Positions 50,763-60,951 of a stretch of DNA of 64,000 nt are shown piece after piece. Position numbers and translations under genes: made by a program. This DNA is from Pseudomonadota bacterium (GTDB taxonomy: Bacteria > Bdellovibrionota_C > UBA2361 > OMII01), in NCBI GenBank assembly GCA_038134595.1, contig JAYPVM010000005.1, positions 21,408-85,407 on the forward strand, in the 5' to 3' direction. How positions within the stretch are numbered: the first letter of the stretch is position 1; every line of letters starts with the position of its first letter. The notes beneath the pieces were generated by a model. The model was not told the origin of the DNA, searched no databases, and saw nothing but the letters and a program-made list of their open reading frames with translations.

Positions 50763-51941
50763 TTACGGCAGCTGCCTTTTAACTAACCGTAAGATACCTA
50801 AGGCAATTGTTTTAGCTGCGCCAAGACCTCGAGGCTCAAAAGGTTCCTGCTTCATACGGAGATAGTGCTCTGTGGTGAAAAGCTCCTGTAGGCTCTCTAA
50901 TAGCCGACCCGCAAAGTTTGGCTGAGCCTCTTCAACGACAACTGCCTTTCCGGCATTTGCAAGAGATCGAGCATTGTCCGTCTGGTGCGTACCCTGTTGA
51001 AACGGGTATGGAACAAAAATAGTAGGCTTGTTGACACAACCTATCTCAGCCACTGAACTTGCCCCAGCCCTACTAATTATGACATCAGCCCAGTCATATG
51101 CCCCTGCCATATCATCAATAAACGGCACAACCGACGCCATTACGCCACAAGCTCGATATGAATTCACTACAAGCTCTATGTTTTCAGAGCGACACTGATG
51201 AACAACCTCAATCGCCCGCTCCTTTAGAAACTCTCCAATCTCGCTAATGACGTTATCGAGCCCTTGCGCCCCCTGAGATCCCCCTAAAATCAATAATCGC
51301 TCCGGGTTGTTACTCCTAACCTTTCTACGTTCAACTGTGGCCAACTCAGGCCGAACGGGATGGCCCGTAAATTCAAGATTCGCCCCACCACGAATCTTCG
51401 TCTCTTCAAAGGATATGGAGACAGTTGATGCAAAAAAACCTAATACCGAATTTGCAAGACCGGGATGCAACTCTGCCTCGTGCGCCCATGTCGGTATCCT
51501 CATTAATCGTGCGACAACTACTGGCATAACCGAAGCATATCCCCCGATCCCTACTACGACATCAGGTCGAAACCGTCGAAATAGCGAAACGCATTGCAAG
51601 AAACATCGCGGCGTCATAAACACAAATCGCAATAGGCCACCCAAACCACGACGCTTAATTGCGGTACCGCTAATAATGTGACGTTTTAGGCCGTGCCCCC
51701 CAAGAATCTTTTCTTCGAGGGGTCGACCAACCCCGATACACTCAACAACCGCATCGGGCTGAACCGATTTAAGAGCATCAATAATGTGTATCGCTGGTAT
51801 AAGATGTCCCCCCGTGCCAGATGCAGCAACCAAAATACGGACAGGAGATTCGGAGCTCACTATAGACGCTTCGCTCTCACCTCTTACATCTTGTTGCGTC
51901 GAATCAATCGATTTTGCCATAGACATCTCTACTACCCCCAT
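50763..51941 (-). CDS. murG: UDP-N-acetylglucosamine--N-acetylmuramyl-(pentapeptide) pyrophosphoryl-undecaprenol GlcNAc transferase
   Basis: GT28 N-terminal motif RILVAASGTGGHLIPA and C-terminal donor-binding domain. Start trimmed to an internal Met so the overlap with ftsW is <=10 nt. Exact start uncertain (51941 or 51926). Confidence 0.85.
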   Translation of the reverse strand: MGVVEMSMAKSIDSTQQDVRGESEASIVSSESPVRILVAASGTGGHLIPAIHIIDALKSVQPDAVVECIGVGRPLEEKILGGHGLKRHIISGTAIKRRGLGGLLRFVFMTPRCFLQCVSLFRRFRPDVVVGIGGYASVMPVVVARLMRIPTWAHEAELHPGLANSVLGFFASTVSISFEETKIRGGANLEFTGHPVRPELATVERRKVRSNNPERLLILGGSQGAQGLDNVISEIGEFLKERAIEVVHQCRSENIELVVNSYRACGVMASVVPFIDDMAGAYDWADVIISRAGASSVAEIGCVNKPTIFVPYPFQQGTHQTDNARSLANAGKAVVVEEAQPNFAGRLLESLQELFTTEHYLRMKQEPFEPRGLGAAKTIALGILRLVKRQLP

Positions 51942-53215
51942 GCTCTGGCACCAATCCCCATTACATATTCTCGCCTTATGCGAACAAGCAGACCAACAAC
52001 ACCCAAACAAGCCATCAAGCTTGATCCCCCGTAGCCAACAAGAGGCAATACAAGCCCCTTGGTCGGTAATACTCCTATCACCACGCCAACATTTAAAAAT
52101 GCAGGCGCAACTATTATCATCGTAAGACCTACCGTCAGCGCAAAGAGAAACGTATCATCCCGGACTTGCTTCGCCAGCAACAACCCCCGCCACAGCAATA
52201 CCAAAAATCCTATCAGAACCGATATCCCCCCGACAAACCCGAGCTCTTCCGAAATTACCGCAAAAATAAAATCCGTGTGCGCCGCCGGCAAGAAGAACAA
52301 CTTCTGTTGCCCTTCTCCCAAACCAACTCCCATCACTTGTCCTGAACCAACCGCTATCAATGACTGTATAAGCTGATAGCCCTTTCCCGAGGCATCGGAA
52401 AAGGGATTAAGAAAGCTTACTATTCTCATCATGCGATACGGTGATATCGCTACAAGAACACCCAACACTATAGCCAAGCCAACCGAACAAAATGCCAAGT
52501 GACCCAGCCTCACCCCACACGCAAGCGCCATAGCCAACACAACAAGCAGAATAACAACCGACGATCCAAAGTCTGGTTGTAGCAAAAGCAATCCAGCTAA
52601 AACTCCCACCAAAGCAAAGGGCTTGATGATACCATGTAAAAAAGAGCCAATTTTCATCTCATGCCTGGCAAAGAACCCCGCCATGAACACAACAACCCCA
52701 ACTTTTACAAATTCAGCAGGCTGGAAACGTATAGGCCCAAGCTTAACCCACCGAGAAGCCCCCCCTGCTCGATCGGCGATACCGGGGACGAGGGGAAAAA
52801 CTAACATTATAAAACACGCGGGTAGTAAAACTGGGGACAGCTTTTTAATCAGCGAAACAGGCACCTTAGCCGCAACGACCATGAGAAATAAACCAAGTAA
52901 TGCAGAAAGGCTTTGGCGCTTCGCGCAAAACAAGGCATCACCCATACGCTCTTGCGATACGATTCCAGTCGTCGAGTAAACCATAATGAGCCCGAAACCA
53001 ACTAGAGCCATGACTGTAAAGATAAATATGTAATCTAACGACGAAGGCGCCTTGAGATCCCTAAATTTTGCGCTGTGTAGATTTCCAATTAAGTCCATAG
53101 GGGTAAGTATGCCAGAACACAACCCCGTTCGACTAGTCCGAATCTTTTCTAAAAATACCAGCAGCCGCCCACACCCTTCATTCCAATCCGACTTTTTTGA
53201 ATAAATACTTCGCAA
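51932..53215 (-). CDS. ftsW: SEDS-family cell division protein FtsW
   Basis: Polytopic (10 TM) SEDS protein lying immediately upstream of murG, as in dcw clusters. Plausible internal start at 53098 (MDLIGNL...). Neither candidate start has a clear RBS. Confidence 0.85.
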   Translation of the reverse strand: MRSIYSKKSDWNEGCGRLLVFLEKIRTSRTGLCSGILTPMDLIGNLHSAKFRDLKAPSSLDYIFIFTVMALVGFGLIMVYSTTGIVSQERMGDALFCAKRQSLSALLGLFLMVVAAKVPVSLIKKLSPVLLPACFIMLVFPLVPGIADRAGGASRWVKLGPIRFQPAEFVKVGVVVFMAGFFARHEMKIGSFLHGIIKPFALVGVLAGLLLLQPDFGSSVVILLVVLAMALACGVRLGHLAFCSVGLAIVLGVLVAISPYRMMRIVSFLNPFSDASGKGYQLIQSLIAVGSGQVMGVGLGEGQQKLFFLPAAHTDFIFAVISEELGFVGGISVLIGFLVLLWRGLLLAKQVRDDTFLFALTVGLTMIIVAPAFLNVGVVIGVLPTKGLVLPLVGYGGSSLMACLGVVGLLVRIRREYVMGIGARAWG

Positions 53216-53331
53216 AACTACATAGTCTGCTATCCCACTCTAAAGAGTCGCGGCCAACAACACAACGATCACAAGAGACGCACAAAACCCCACTCTAAAG
53301 CATATTGGATTACTGTGTCCGCGACTTATGA

Positions 53332-54270
53332 ATGGTACTTTTTACTCTCGTCCCCTTGTCACCCGAGGCCGTGTCGGTAATGATACTCTTAATGAAGCCG
53401 GACTCTCCCAAAGCCATCAAAATAATACTGTCAGAATCCCCCAATTCGGATACTGAGGGCTTACCTCTATGCGACGCAGAGCCGAGTCACACCAACATAA
53501 ATATCGTTGACTTAGGAAATAAAAACGAACCGACGATTATAATGCTCCACGGCTGGGGTCGCTCGGTCGAAAGCCTGCGAGGGTTAGGCGAGTTACTCGC
53601 TACAACCTACCGTGTCATTTTAGTTGATCTACCTGGCTTCGGCGAAAGTCCGCTTCCATTCGAAGCGAGCAATGAAGGTGGAGGATGGAGCACCTTAGAC
53701 TACGCCCATGCGATAGATAACTATATAGACCAGCTTGGTATTAAGTCCTGTACATTGCTTGGGCACTCTTTTGGAGGCAGGATTTCTATCCGACTAGCTT
53801 CTAGAAACCCCCAAAAATTCACGTCAGTCATTCTCGTGGGGAGCCATGGATTACAGACAAAACGTTCTGCACTATTTAAATTAAAGGCCGCGGCAATTCG
53901 GTTCTCCGGTAGATTCTTAAAATCAGTTGACGGTTGGTTTGGCACCCGACTGTTTGAGCGAGCATTTATTCCCCGATTCGGCTCTATCGACTATCAGCAA
54001 GCAGGGCAACTTCGCAAAACTCTGGTAAAAACGGTAACCGAAGACCTCACCGAAGAGGCGCGGGAAATAACACAACCCACACTACTTCTCTGGGGAGAAG
54101 AAGACCGGCAAACTCCTCTCGATCTGGCACACAGATTTCATAATCTCATCACTCGTAGCACCCTCTTTACTTTTCCCAACATGGGACACGAACCGTTTGC
54201 TGACGTTGGCTCGCACACATTGTGTCGATATATTGAGAGGTTTCTCGCAAACAAGGAATCAACGATATGA
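53332..54270 (+). CDS. alpha/beta-fold hydrolase
   Basis: 312 aa. Nucleophile elbow GHSFGG, HG oxyanion region (IMLHGWG). Its stop overlaps the murF-like start by 4 nt (ATGA). Confidence 0.7.
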   Translation: MVLFTLVPLSPEAVSVMILLMKPDSPKAIKIILSESPNSDTEGLPLCDAEPSHTNINIVDLGNKNEPTIIMLHGWGRSVESLRGLGELLATTYRVILVDLPGFGESPLPFEASNEGGGWSTLDYAHAIDNYIDQLGIKSCTLLGHSFGGRISIRLASRNPQKFTSVILVGSHGLQTKRSALFKLKAAAIRFSGRFLKSVDGWFGTRLFERAFIPRFGSIDYQQAGQLRKTLVKTVTEDLTEEAREITQPTLLLWGEEDRQTPLDLAHRFHNLITRSTLFTFPNMGHEPFADVGSHTLCRYIERFLANKESTI

Positions 54271-55895
54271 CTTTCACGGCTTTACTGTTATTCTACACGG
54301 CCATTGCAGTCTTCACATGGCGGCGACTCCTTCAATACCTACGCTTTTTTCAGCAAGAGGGATACAATCACAAGAGGTTTTACCGGTGGCTCTACGATCA
54401 GCGACTACTTGACACTCGCTTCACACTCATACTGAGTTCGCTCTGGTTTGCCCTAAGCGTTACCCCTTCATACGTGATCAAAATAGGATTTTTGTTTATA
54501 GCATCAGCTTCTCTTGCTTTCATTTCATTTACCAAAGAGCTCGATCCGCGGACGACAGGCAAGGTGAGGCTTGTAATGACTTCCCGCGCACAAAAGCTAG
54601 CATTTGTGACGCAGCTACTATTTATGACGGTGGCATCGTTGACCTTTTACTACTCGACAGCCGGAGCAACGAGCCCCCTGTCCGGCTTTGGCACCCTCAT
54701 TACTGTAGCTTTAGTGCAAGCCCTTCCCGCATTCTTGATGGTATCAAATTTTCTCTTACGACCCTTTGAATCTTGGGTGCAGGAATCGTTTAAATCCGAT
54801 GCTCTCAAACGCCTACACTCGTGTGCTCCGTACACGGTGGGGATTACTGGTAGCTACGGGAAAACAGGAGCAAAGGCAGCGCTTGGGGAATTATTAACTC
54901 AATGCTTAGGACCAACCTTTTGGCCGCCACAAGGAATTAATACCGTCATGGGTATTACCCGCTCCATCCGGGAGGGTCTAAACCAGCATCACCGATATGC
55001 CGTTATTGAGATGGGGGCATACAACGTGGGCTCCATAAAACGTCTTTGTGATTTTACACCACCGCAGGCAGCCCTTGTCACCTCGGTCGGGATTATGCAT
55101 CTGGAACGATTTGGAAGTGCAGAAAATGTGTACCGAGCAAAATCGGAACTGGCTGAGAGCGTTCCATCGGATGGAATCCTCGTCTGCAACGGTGATAGTC
55201 ATAATGCCCGTCGGATGGCGACTGAGCACCCCAAAGAAACCACCCTGCTTTATGGTTTACAACCGGGGCTAGGGAACCTAGACGTCTATGCGACTGAAAT
55301 ATCCTTCACAGCCGCAGGCACGACATTTAATCTCCACTATAACGGGCTTAAATTGAAGGTAGTCACACCACTCTTAGGACGCCCGGCTCTTCTAAATATA
55401 CTCGGCGCATACACAATGGCATGCGCTCTGGGCGCAGAACCTCACTATGCCGCTGCATGCCTTGCAAACTTAAAGCCTGTAGATAATAGACTTGTCTATG
55501 ACAAACAGCCAAAGGTTTCATACCTCCGCGACGCCTATAACTCAAATCCCATCGGGTTTAACGCGGCATTAGAGGTCCTTAAGGCGATCCCTGCTTCGAG
55601 ACGAATTCTCATGACCCCCGGAATGATTGAACTCGGAGAAGCTCAGTATGAGGAGAATAAAAGTGCGGCAATCACCGCCGCATCGGTTGCCGACTTAGCT
55701 ATAATCGTCGGTGAAACCAATCGGGAACCTCTTCTCGCTGGCCTAAAAGAAGGCGGATATTCCGACGAACGGACTGTCGTTGTTGACTCTCGTGATGAGG
55801 CATTTAACTACATCCGTGAAAACGGAGAAACGGGAGACCTAGTTCTCCTTGAAAATGACCTTGGAGATCTCCACGAGGGGCGCGTTCGGTTTTAA
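54267..55895 (+). CDS. murF: Mur ligase family protein, MurF-like, with N-terminal polytopic membrane domain
   Basis: 542 aa. Residues ~1-170 contain ~5 hydrophobic helices. Mur ligase central domain P-loop GITGSYGKTG lies at ~aa 195 (vs ~107 in E. coli MurF). C-terminal Mur ligase domain present. ddl follows immediately. Confidence 0.75.
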   Translation: MTFTALLLFYTAIAVFTWRRLLQYLRFFQQEGYNHKRFYRWLYDQRLLDTRFTLILSSLWFALSVTPSYVIKIGFLFIASASLAFISFTKELDPRTTGKVRLVMTSRAQKLAFVTQLLFMTVASLTFYYSTAGATSPLSGFGTLITVALVQALPAFLMVSNFLLRPFESWVQESFKSDALKRLHSCAPYTVGITGSYGKTGAKAALGELLTQCLGPTFWPPQGINTVMGITRSIREGLNQHHRYAVIEMGAYNVGSIKRLCDFTPPQAALVTSVGIMHLERFGSAENVYRAKSELAESVPSDGILVCNGDSHNARRMATEHPKETTLLYGLQPGLGNLDVYATEISFTAAGTTFNLHYNGLKLKVVTPLLGRPALLNILGAYTMACALGAEPHYAAACLANLKPVDNRLVYDKQPKVSYLRDAYNSNPIGFNAALEVLKAIPASRRILMTPGMIELGEAQYEENKSAAITAASVADLAIIVGETNREPLLAGLKEGGYSDERTVVVDSRDEAFNYIRENGETGDLVLLENDLGDLHEGRVRF

Positions 55896-57128
55896 ATGGG
55901 AGAGCCACTAATTATGCAATCAGAAAAACGACTTCGAATCGCCGTCATGTTTGGTGGCCGGTCAGTCGAGCATGAAATTTCGGTCATCACCGCTCTGCAA
56001 CTTATGTTAGCAGCCGATCCAGAACGATATGAAATAATTCCTGTATACGTAGCGCCCGATGGTCGCTGGTATACTGGAAAAAGCCTACTTTCTCGGGAAT
56101 TCTATCGCCTCTTTCCGAAGCAAGCGCACTCGTTAACAGAGGTCACGCTCCTGCCCAAACCTGGAACTGGAGGATTAACAGTGCTGACCCCCCCCTCTGT
56201 TCTATTCAAAGGCGCTCCCGCTTCGACGAGGATAGGATCGACAATTCCAATTGACATTTTTCTCCCAGTTTTTCACGGCCAGTACGGCGAGGATGGCTGT
56301 ATTCAGGGGTTGTTTGAATTAGCTCAAGTTCCATATACCGGCTCCGATATGACAGCTTCTGCTCTATCGATGAACAAATACGTATGCAAGAGCGTTCTCA
56401 AGGAACATGGCCTACCCGTCTTACCGGGGGTGCTCATCTCAAAAACTGCGGCGCAAAAGGACCTGGTTGGTGTTACAGAGAAGATACTTCTTACTCCCGA
56501 GCTGTCACGTTTCCCGCTCTTCATCAAACCCTGCAATCTGGGCTCTAGCATCGGGATATCGCGAGTAGAATCGAGAGGAGACTTACCGGGAGCCCTCGCC
56601 AAGGTCTTTCGCTACGACGAGAGCGCTATAGTCGAGCCCTGCATCAGCGATATTATGGAGATAAACGTCTCTGTCCGTGACAATCGCGGCTCCATCGAAG
56701 CCTCCGTGGTTGAAATTCCCGTCTCCGAGACCGGAGTATTATCATATGAAGAGAAATATCTCCGAGATGGTGGTAAGAAAAACGGTCCATCCCAAGGGAT
56801 GGCGAGCTTGACCAGAGTCATCAACCCGACCGATCTTGATTCGACCTTGCGAGATAACGCCGTAGAGCTTGCAAAGCAGGCATTCGACATCTTAGGATGC
56901 TCAGGCGTAGCTCGTATGGATTTCATCGTAGATCTCAAGACAGGCATCCTATACTGCAACGAACTTAACGCACTACCTGGCTCCTGTGCATTCTATCTCT
57001 GGGCTCGTTCAGAACCTCGAATCCTCTATACTGATCTAATTGACACAATGATAGAAACTGCCATCGAACGTTTCGCTAAGAGCCTGTCTCTCGAACGGAA
57101 CATCGAACTAAGGGCTCTGAAACGGTAG
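55896..57128 (+). CDS. ddl: D-alanine--D-alanine ligase (long form)
   Basis: 410 aa. ATP-grasp with N-terminal IAVMFGGRSVEHEISVITA and C-terminal GVARMDFIVD...ELNALPG. Possible true start at ATG 55914 (MQSEKRLRIAV...). Confidence 0.9.
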   Translation: MGEPLIMQSEKRLRIAVMFGGRSVEHEISVITALQLMLAADPERYEIIPVYVAPDGRWYTGKSLLSREFYRLFPKQAHSLTEVTLLPKPGTGGLTVLTPPSVLFKGAPASTRIGSTIPIDIFLPVFHGQYGEDGCIQGLFELAQVPYTGSDMTASALSMNKYVCKSVLKEHGLPVLPGVLISKTAAQKDLVGVTEKILLTPELSRFPLFIKPCNLGSSIGISRVESRGDLPGALAKVFRYDESAIVEPCISDIMEINVSVRDNRGSIEASVVEIPVSETGVLSYEEKYLRDGGKKNGPSQGMASLTRVINPTDLDSTLRDNAVELAKQAFDILGCSGVARMDFIVDLKTGILYCNELNALPGSCAFYLWARSEPRILYTDLIDTMIETAIERFAKSLSLERNIELRALKR

Positions 57129-57134
57129 GAAGCA

Positions 57135-57350
57135 ATGAGTACACACAAGACATCGCAGAAACACACCTGTCGAACATGCAAAAATGCCATACCAACTGGC
57201 TCACAATTTGGCCCCTTCTGCTCTAACCGATGCAAAATGAACGACCTATCGAGGTGGTTTAGTGAAAGTTACGGCATTGAAGCTGTAGATGACGACGCAG
57301 GGGAAGTTATCCACAATCTCAACGATCCACACCAACAAGAACAAGACTAA
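57135..57350 (+). CDS. yacG: DNA gyrase inhibitor YacG (zinc-ribbon)
   Basis: 71 aa. CRTC...FCSNRCKMNDLSRW matches the YacG Cys4 zinc-ribbon signature. Confidence 0.7.
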   Translation: MSTHKTSQKHTCRTCKNAIPTGSQFGPFCSNRCKMNDLSRWFSESYGIEAVDDDAGEVIHNLNDPHQQEQD

Positions 57351-57394
57351 CCACCGCCTACGAACCTTAAATACTCTCAATAAAACTACCGCTT

Positions 57395-57754
57395 CTATGA
57401 AACACGTCTTGCTTTGGAAATTTGCTTAAGGTGGGGATTAGTTGCGTTAATTACCCCCAGTTTCAAATACTCAGGATTAATCCCCAGAGCTTCACAGACA
57501 GCTACGAAGGAAAATGTATAATCACTCTCCTTTGATTGTACCCACCGGTATGCTTCCCGATACCGACTGCGTTCTACCTCTGTCTTTGCCAATAAAAAAT
57601 TAACGTACGATTGAATCCCATCGAACAACAATGCCGATAAAAGCTCTCTCTCAGGCCCATCGGCATAGCCAGATCTGCCGTCAAGTAGCTCCTCAACCAC
57701 GCCAGCTACAAAACCTCTCTCAATCCTGCATCCTGCATCGGTATCGCCAATCAT
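57395..57754 (-). CDS. hypothetical protein
   Basis: 119 aa. No recognisable domain. Confidence 0.4.
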   Translation of the reverse strand: MIGDTDAGCRIERGFVAGVVEELLDGRSGYADGPERELLSALLFDGIQSYVNFLLAKTEVERSRYREAYRWVQSKESDYTFSFVAVCEALGINPEYLKLGVINATNPHLKQISKARRVS

Positions 57755-58022
57755 AACACAACCCCTCTCGATCTCTGTTATCAGACACTTTTAATAAGCA
57801 GAACACAGCCGTAGTTCTGTCGCATAAAAAGCTCTGAATTTAAGGCTTCTATTACTTTGGATGCCGGAATCTCGAGTTCGGTGCGGCTCGGCACGAATTC
57901 TATCTACCTAAATATACTTGCGATTCTATTTTTTCGTGTTTTTTTTGAATCCTTTTCATAGCATTGTTGGTTGATCGAAAAAGATACTTTGGCGGATTAG
58001 TCCAAGCCCCTGCTCTTACTCG

Positions 58023-59153
58023 TCAGAAGTGATCCCACACCGTAATCGCAACCTCAAGAAGTATAAGCAGCACGATAATCCACTCCAAAACCTCGGAGCG
58101 TCGTTGGGCCGCAGCATCGGAAAGCTTTTGATAGATACTATCAAGAGTATCAAGTTTACGACGGATGCTTGAGTTCCAATCAGAGAGATGAAACTTCTTT
58201 GAACCCAAGGAGTACACACGAGCAAGATACTGATCACCTAGAAGCTTCAAAGCATTCTCCACGGCTTCATACAGTAGCGCCGAGTCAACCTGCAAACGCG
58301 CAACTTTTCTGAGGTTATTCTCAGTGCGCTTCTTATTGAGTAACGTCGAGTAAGCCTCTTCAAGTTGCGCATCAAGCTGTTCGTCGAGAAACCGCATCTC
58401 CATTAGTTCAACGTTACAGAACTCTAATACAGCTCGAACATCCTCAACATCGTCTCCGAAGAACAATGCGCCATTCCAGTCCACCACGACACAATCGTTA
58501 GTCCCGTATGACGTCCGAGTTGATAACGCATCGCGAACCTCCTCACCACCTAACTGCTCTCGTTCAACTCGCAACAAACTTGCAAAATCATGCGCACCAT
58601 CCGAAAGGAGCGATTCGACTGAATGCACTCCTTCAAACCTCTCAAAGTGATACACAACATAACCCTCGACGGAATCGCTCTTCACTGGGCGGACTACAGT
58701 GTGTTGCAACTCTTCGAGCATCTGCTCGATTCGTAGCTGTGCATCTTGTAGTAAATACGAATTATCGTATAAAACCTCGCCAAGCTCAATTAGGGGCGCC
58801 ATTGGGCCGCGAATATCAATTTGATACGTAACAGAACATGCACCGAAATCAAAAATCGTGAGTTCAGTCTGCGGATTTGTAAAAAATTTACCTAGATTAA
58901 TTTGCTTGCCCTGCTGAAAGATTCTCAACGGAGGGGGATCGTAATCGAAATACTTAGGCGCCCGTCTATTGCGACGCAACTTGGTTCGCTCGACCTCCTG
59001 CTTTCTGAGACAAGCTGCCGCTTCATCGAGCTTCATCGACAAGCCGAGCTCGAAAGCAAAGGTTACATAACAAACGCCCTTTTGCAGAAACGGCACTCGC
59101 GAGGCCATAACCGACAAGCTTGGCGTAACTTCCCCAAATTCCTTGCTATTCAC
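58023..59153 (-). CDS. hypothetical protein with single C-terminal transmembrane anchor
   Basis: 376 aa. Soluble N-terminal ~340 aa, C-terminal helix WIIVLLILLEVAITVW. No confident family assignment. Confidence 0.55.
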   Translation of the reverse strand: MNSKEFGEVTPSLSVMASRVPFLQKGVCYVTFAFELGLSMKLDEAAACLRKQEVERTKLRRNRRAPKYFDYDPPPLRIFQQGKQINLGKFFTNPQTELTIFDFGACSVTYQIDIRGPMAPLIELGEVLYDNSYLLQDAQLRIEQMLEELQHTVVRPVKSDSVEGYVVYHFERFEGVHSVESLLSDGAHDFASLLRVEREQLGGEEVRDALSTRTSYGTNDCVVVDWNGALFFGDDVEDVRAVLEFCNVELMEMRFLDEQLDAQLEEAYSTLLNKKRTENNLRKVARLQVDSALLYEAVENALKLLGDQYLARVYSLGSKKFHLSDWNSSIRRKLDTLDSIYQKLSDAAAQRRSEVLEWIIVLLILLEVAITVWDHF

Positions 59154-59332
59154 ACAATACTCCTTTGCCTTTAAACCATTATACCGGGTTTTAAGAAAGA
59201 TACACGAACAGAAACCCTTTGTAGTAACATCTATATTAATATTAATATCTTAGGTGAGTAAGAGAATGAGTATGCGCTTGGCTCCTTTGTAAAAACTTGT
59301 CGCATTAACTCGTTACATAATACCTGTATAAC

Positions 59333-60946
59333 ATGCAAATCGGAACGCCACTACCAAGGACGAGCGCCTCGAGCGATTCTCACGATTCTGACTTTCAGCG
59401 ACATCTAGACCGACTTGACTCGCTCCTTAAACTCCGCCTACCAGACCCCGCATCAAACCAGGTCAAAAAACACTGCGCACGCGGCAAGCTTTTAGCCCGT
59501 GACCGCATTAGCCATCTCATCGACCCTGGTTCGGCATTTCTAGAACTAGCCCCTCTAGCTGGTTTTGACGTCTATCCCGAGCACAAGCTCCCGCCCGGAG
59601 CCGGCATCGTGACCGGCATTGGAATTGTCGACGGAATCCCCACCATGATAATAGCTAACGATGCAACCGTGAAAGGCGGAACATACTTTCCCCTTACGGT
59701 CAAAAAACACATCCGCGCCCAAGAGATTGCTCTTGAGAACAATCTACCGTGTATCTATTTGGTAGATTCCGGCGGCGCTTTTCTACCTCTTCAAGACGAT
59801 GTATTTCCCGACAAGGAGCACTTCGGTAGATTGTTCTACAATCAAGCTCGCATGAGTGCTCAGGGAATAGCACAGATTTCAGTTGTACTAGGATCGTGCA
59901 CCGCTGGAGGCGCCTATGTTCCCGCAATGAGCGATGAAGCTATTATCGTCAAAGAACAGGGGATGATTTTCCTTGGCGGCCCCCCGCTCGTTAAGGCGGC
60001 AACAGGCGAAATCGTATCAGCCGAGGAGCTGGGGGGAGGAGACGTTCACTCAAGGATTAGTGGAGTTACGGATCATTTAGCAAGAGACGATTTTGAAGCA
60101 CTCCATATAGCCAGGCGCAGTATTGGTACATTAAGAAATACTCAGCCTGTGAGGATCGGACGTGAGAGATCAAAGCCACCACGATTTGACCCTGTCGAGC
60201 TTAATTCACTTATACCCGCTGACCCTCGAAAACACTTCCCAATGCGCGAAATTCTCGCTCGCATCATAGATGATAGTGAACTCGATGAGTTTAAATCCGA
60301 GTACGGAAAAACACTAATATGTGGGTTCGCAAAAATCGATGGCTTTCTAGTTGGAATGCTAGCAAATGATGGCATCCTATTTTCAGAAAGTGCGCTTAAG
60401 GCCGCGCACTTTATCCAACTTTGCGATCAACGCTCTATCCCTCTCGTGTTTTTTCAAAACATTGTCGGTTTCATGGTCGGAAAGGACTATGAACACAAAG
60501 GCATAGCTAAAGATGGGGCAAAAATGGTAACAGCGGTTGCGTGCGCTAATGTGCCAAAATACACCGTCATCGTGGGTAATTCATATGGAGCTGGCAACTA
60601 TGCGATGTGCGGCAGAGCTTACAATCCGCGCTTTCTTTGGACATGGCCTCAAAGTCGCATTGGCGTTATGGGACCTGAACAAGCTGGCAATGTTCTAACA
60701 CAGGTCCGGGCAGACAGTTTTTCTGCTCGAGGCGAACACTGGTCAGAAGAAGCGCAGGAAGCCTACTACAATCAAATCAACGACCAATACACCACTCAGA
60801 CCGACGTAGTCTACGGGAGTGCTCGGTTGTGGGACGATGGGATTATCAAACCCGCCGATACACGTGCAACACTAGCTCTCGCCCTTTCGCTCTCTGTGAA
60901 GCCCACCAGCGGTACTTACCGGTCGTATGGAACATTCAGGATGTAA
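59333..60946 (+). CDS. acyl-CoA carboxylase carboxyltransferase (beta) subunit, methylcrotonyl-/propionyl-CoA carboxylase type
   Basis: 537 aa. Two crotonase-like CT domains. N-terminal KLLARDRI motif typical of the MCC/PCC beta subunit. Confidence 0.9.
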   Translation: MQIGTPLPRTSASSDSHDSDFQRHLDRLDSLLKLRLPDPASNQVKKHCARGKLLARDRISHLIDPGSAFLELAPLAGFDVYPEHKLPPGAGIVTGIGIVDGIPTMIIANDATVKGGTYFPLTVKKHIRAQEIALENNLPCIYLVDSGGAFLPLQDDVFPDKEHFGRLFYNQARMSAQGIAQISVVLGSCTAGGAYVPAMSDEAIIVKEQGMIFLGGPPLVKAATGEIVSAEELGGGDVHSRISGVTDHLARDDFEALHIARRSIGTLRNTQPVRIGRERSKPPRFDPVELNSLIPADPRKHFPMREILARIIDDSELDEFKSEYGKTLICGFAKIDGFLVGMLANDGILFSESALKAAHFIQLCDQRSIPLVFFQNIVGFMVGKDYEHKGIAKDGAKMVTAVACANVPKYTVIVGNSYGAGNYAMCGRAYNPRFLWTWPQSRIGVMGPEQAGNVLTQVRADSFSARGEHWSEEAQEAYYNQINDQYTTQTDVVYGSARLWDDGIIKPADTRATLALALSLSVKPTSGTYRSYGTFRM

Positions 60947-60951
60947 GCAAA

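Noticed and set aside
60829-60951. N-terminal extension of the carboxylase alpha subunit in the ORF track
   Set aside because: Extension overlaps the beta-subunit gene by 118 nt. The conserved biotin carboxylase N-terminus (MNLPRSISRILIANRGEIA) begins exactly at ATG 60952, 5 nt after the upstream stop.
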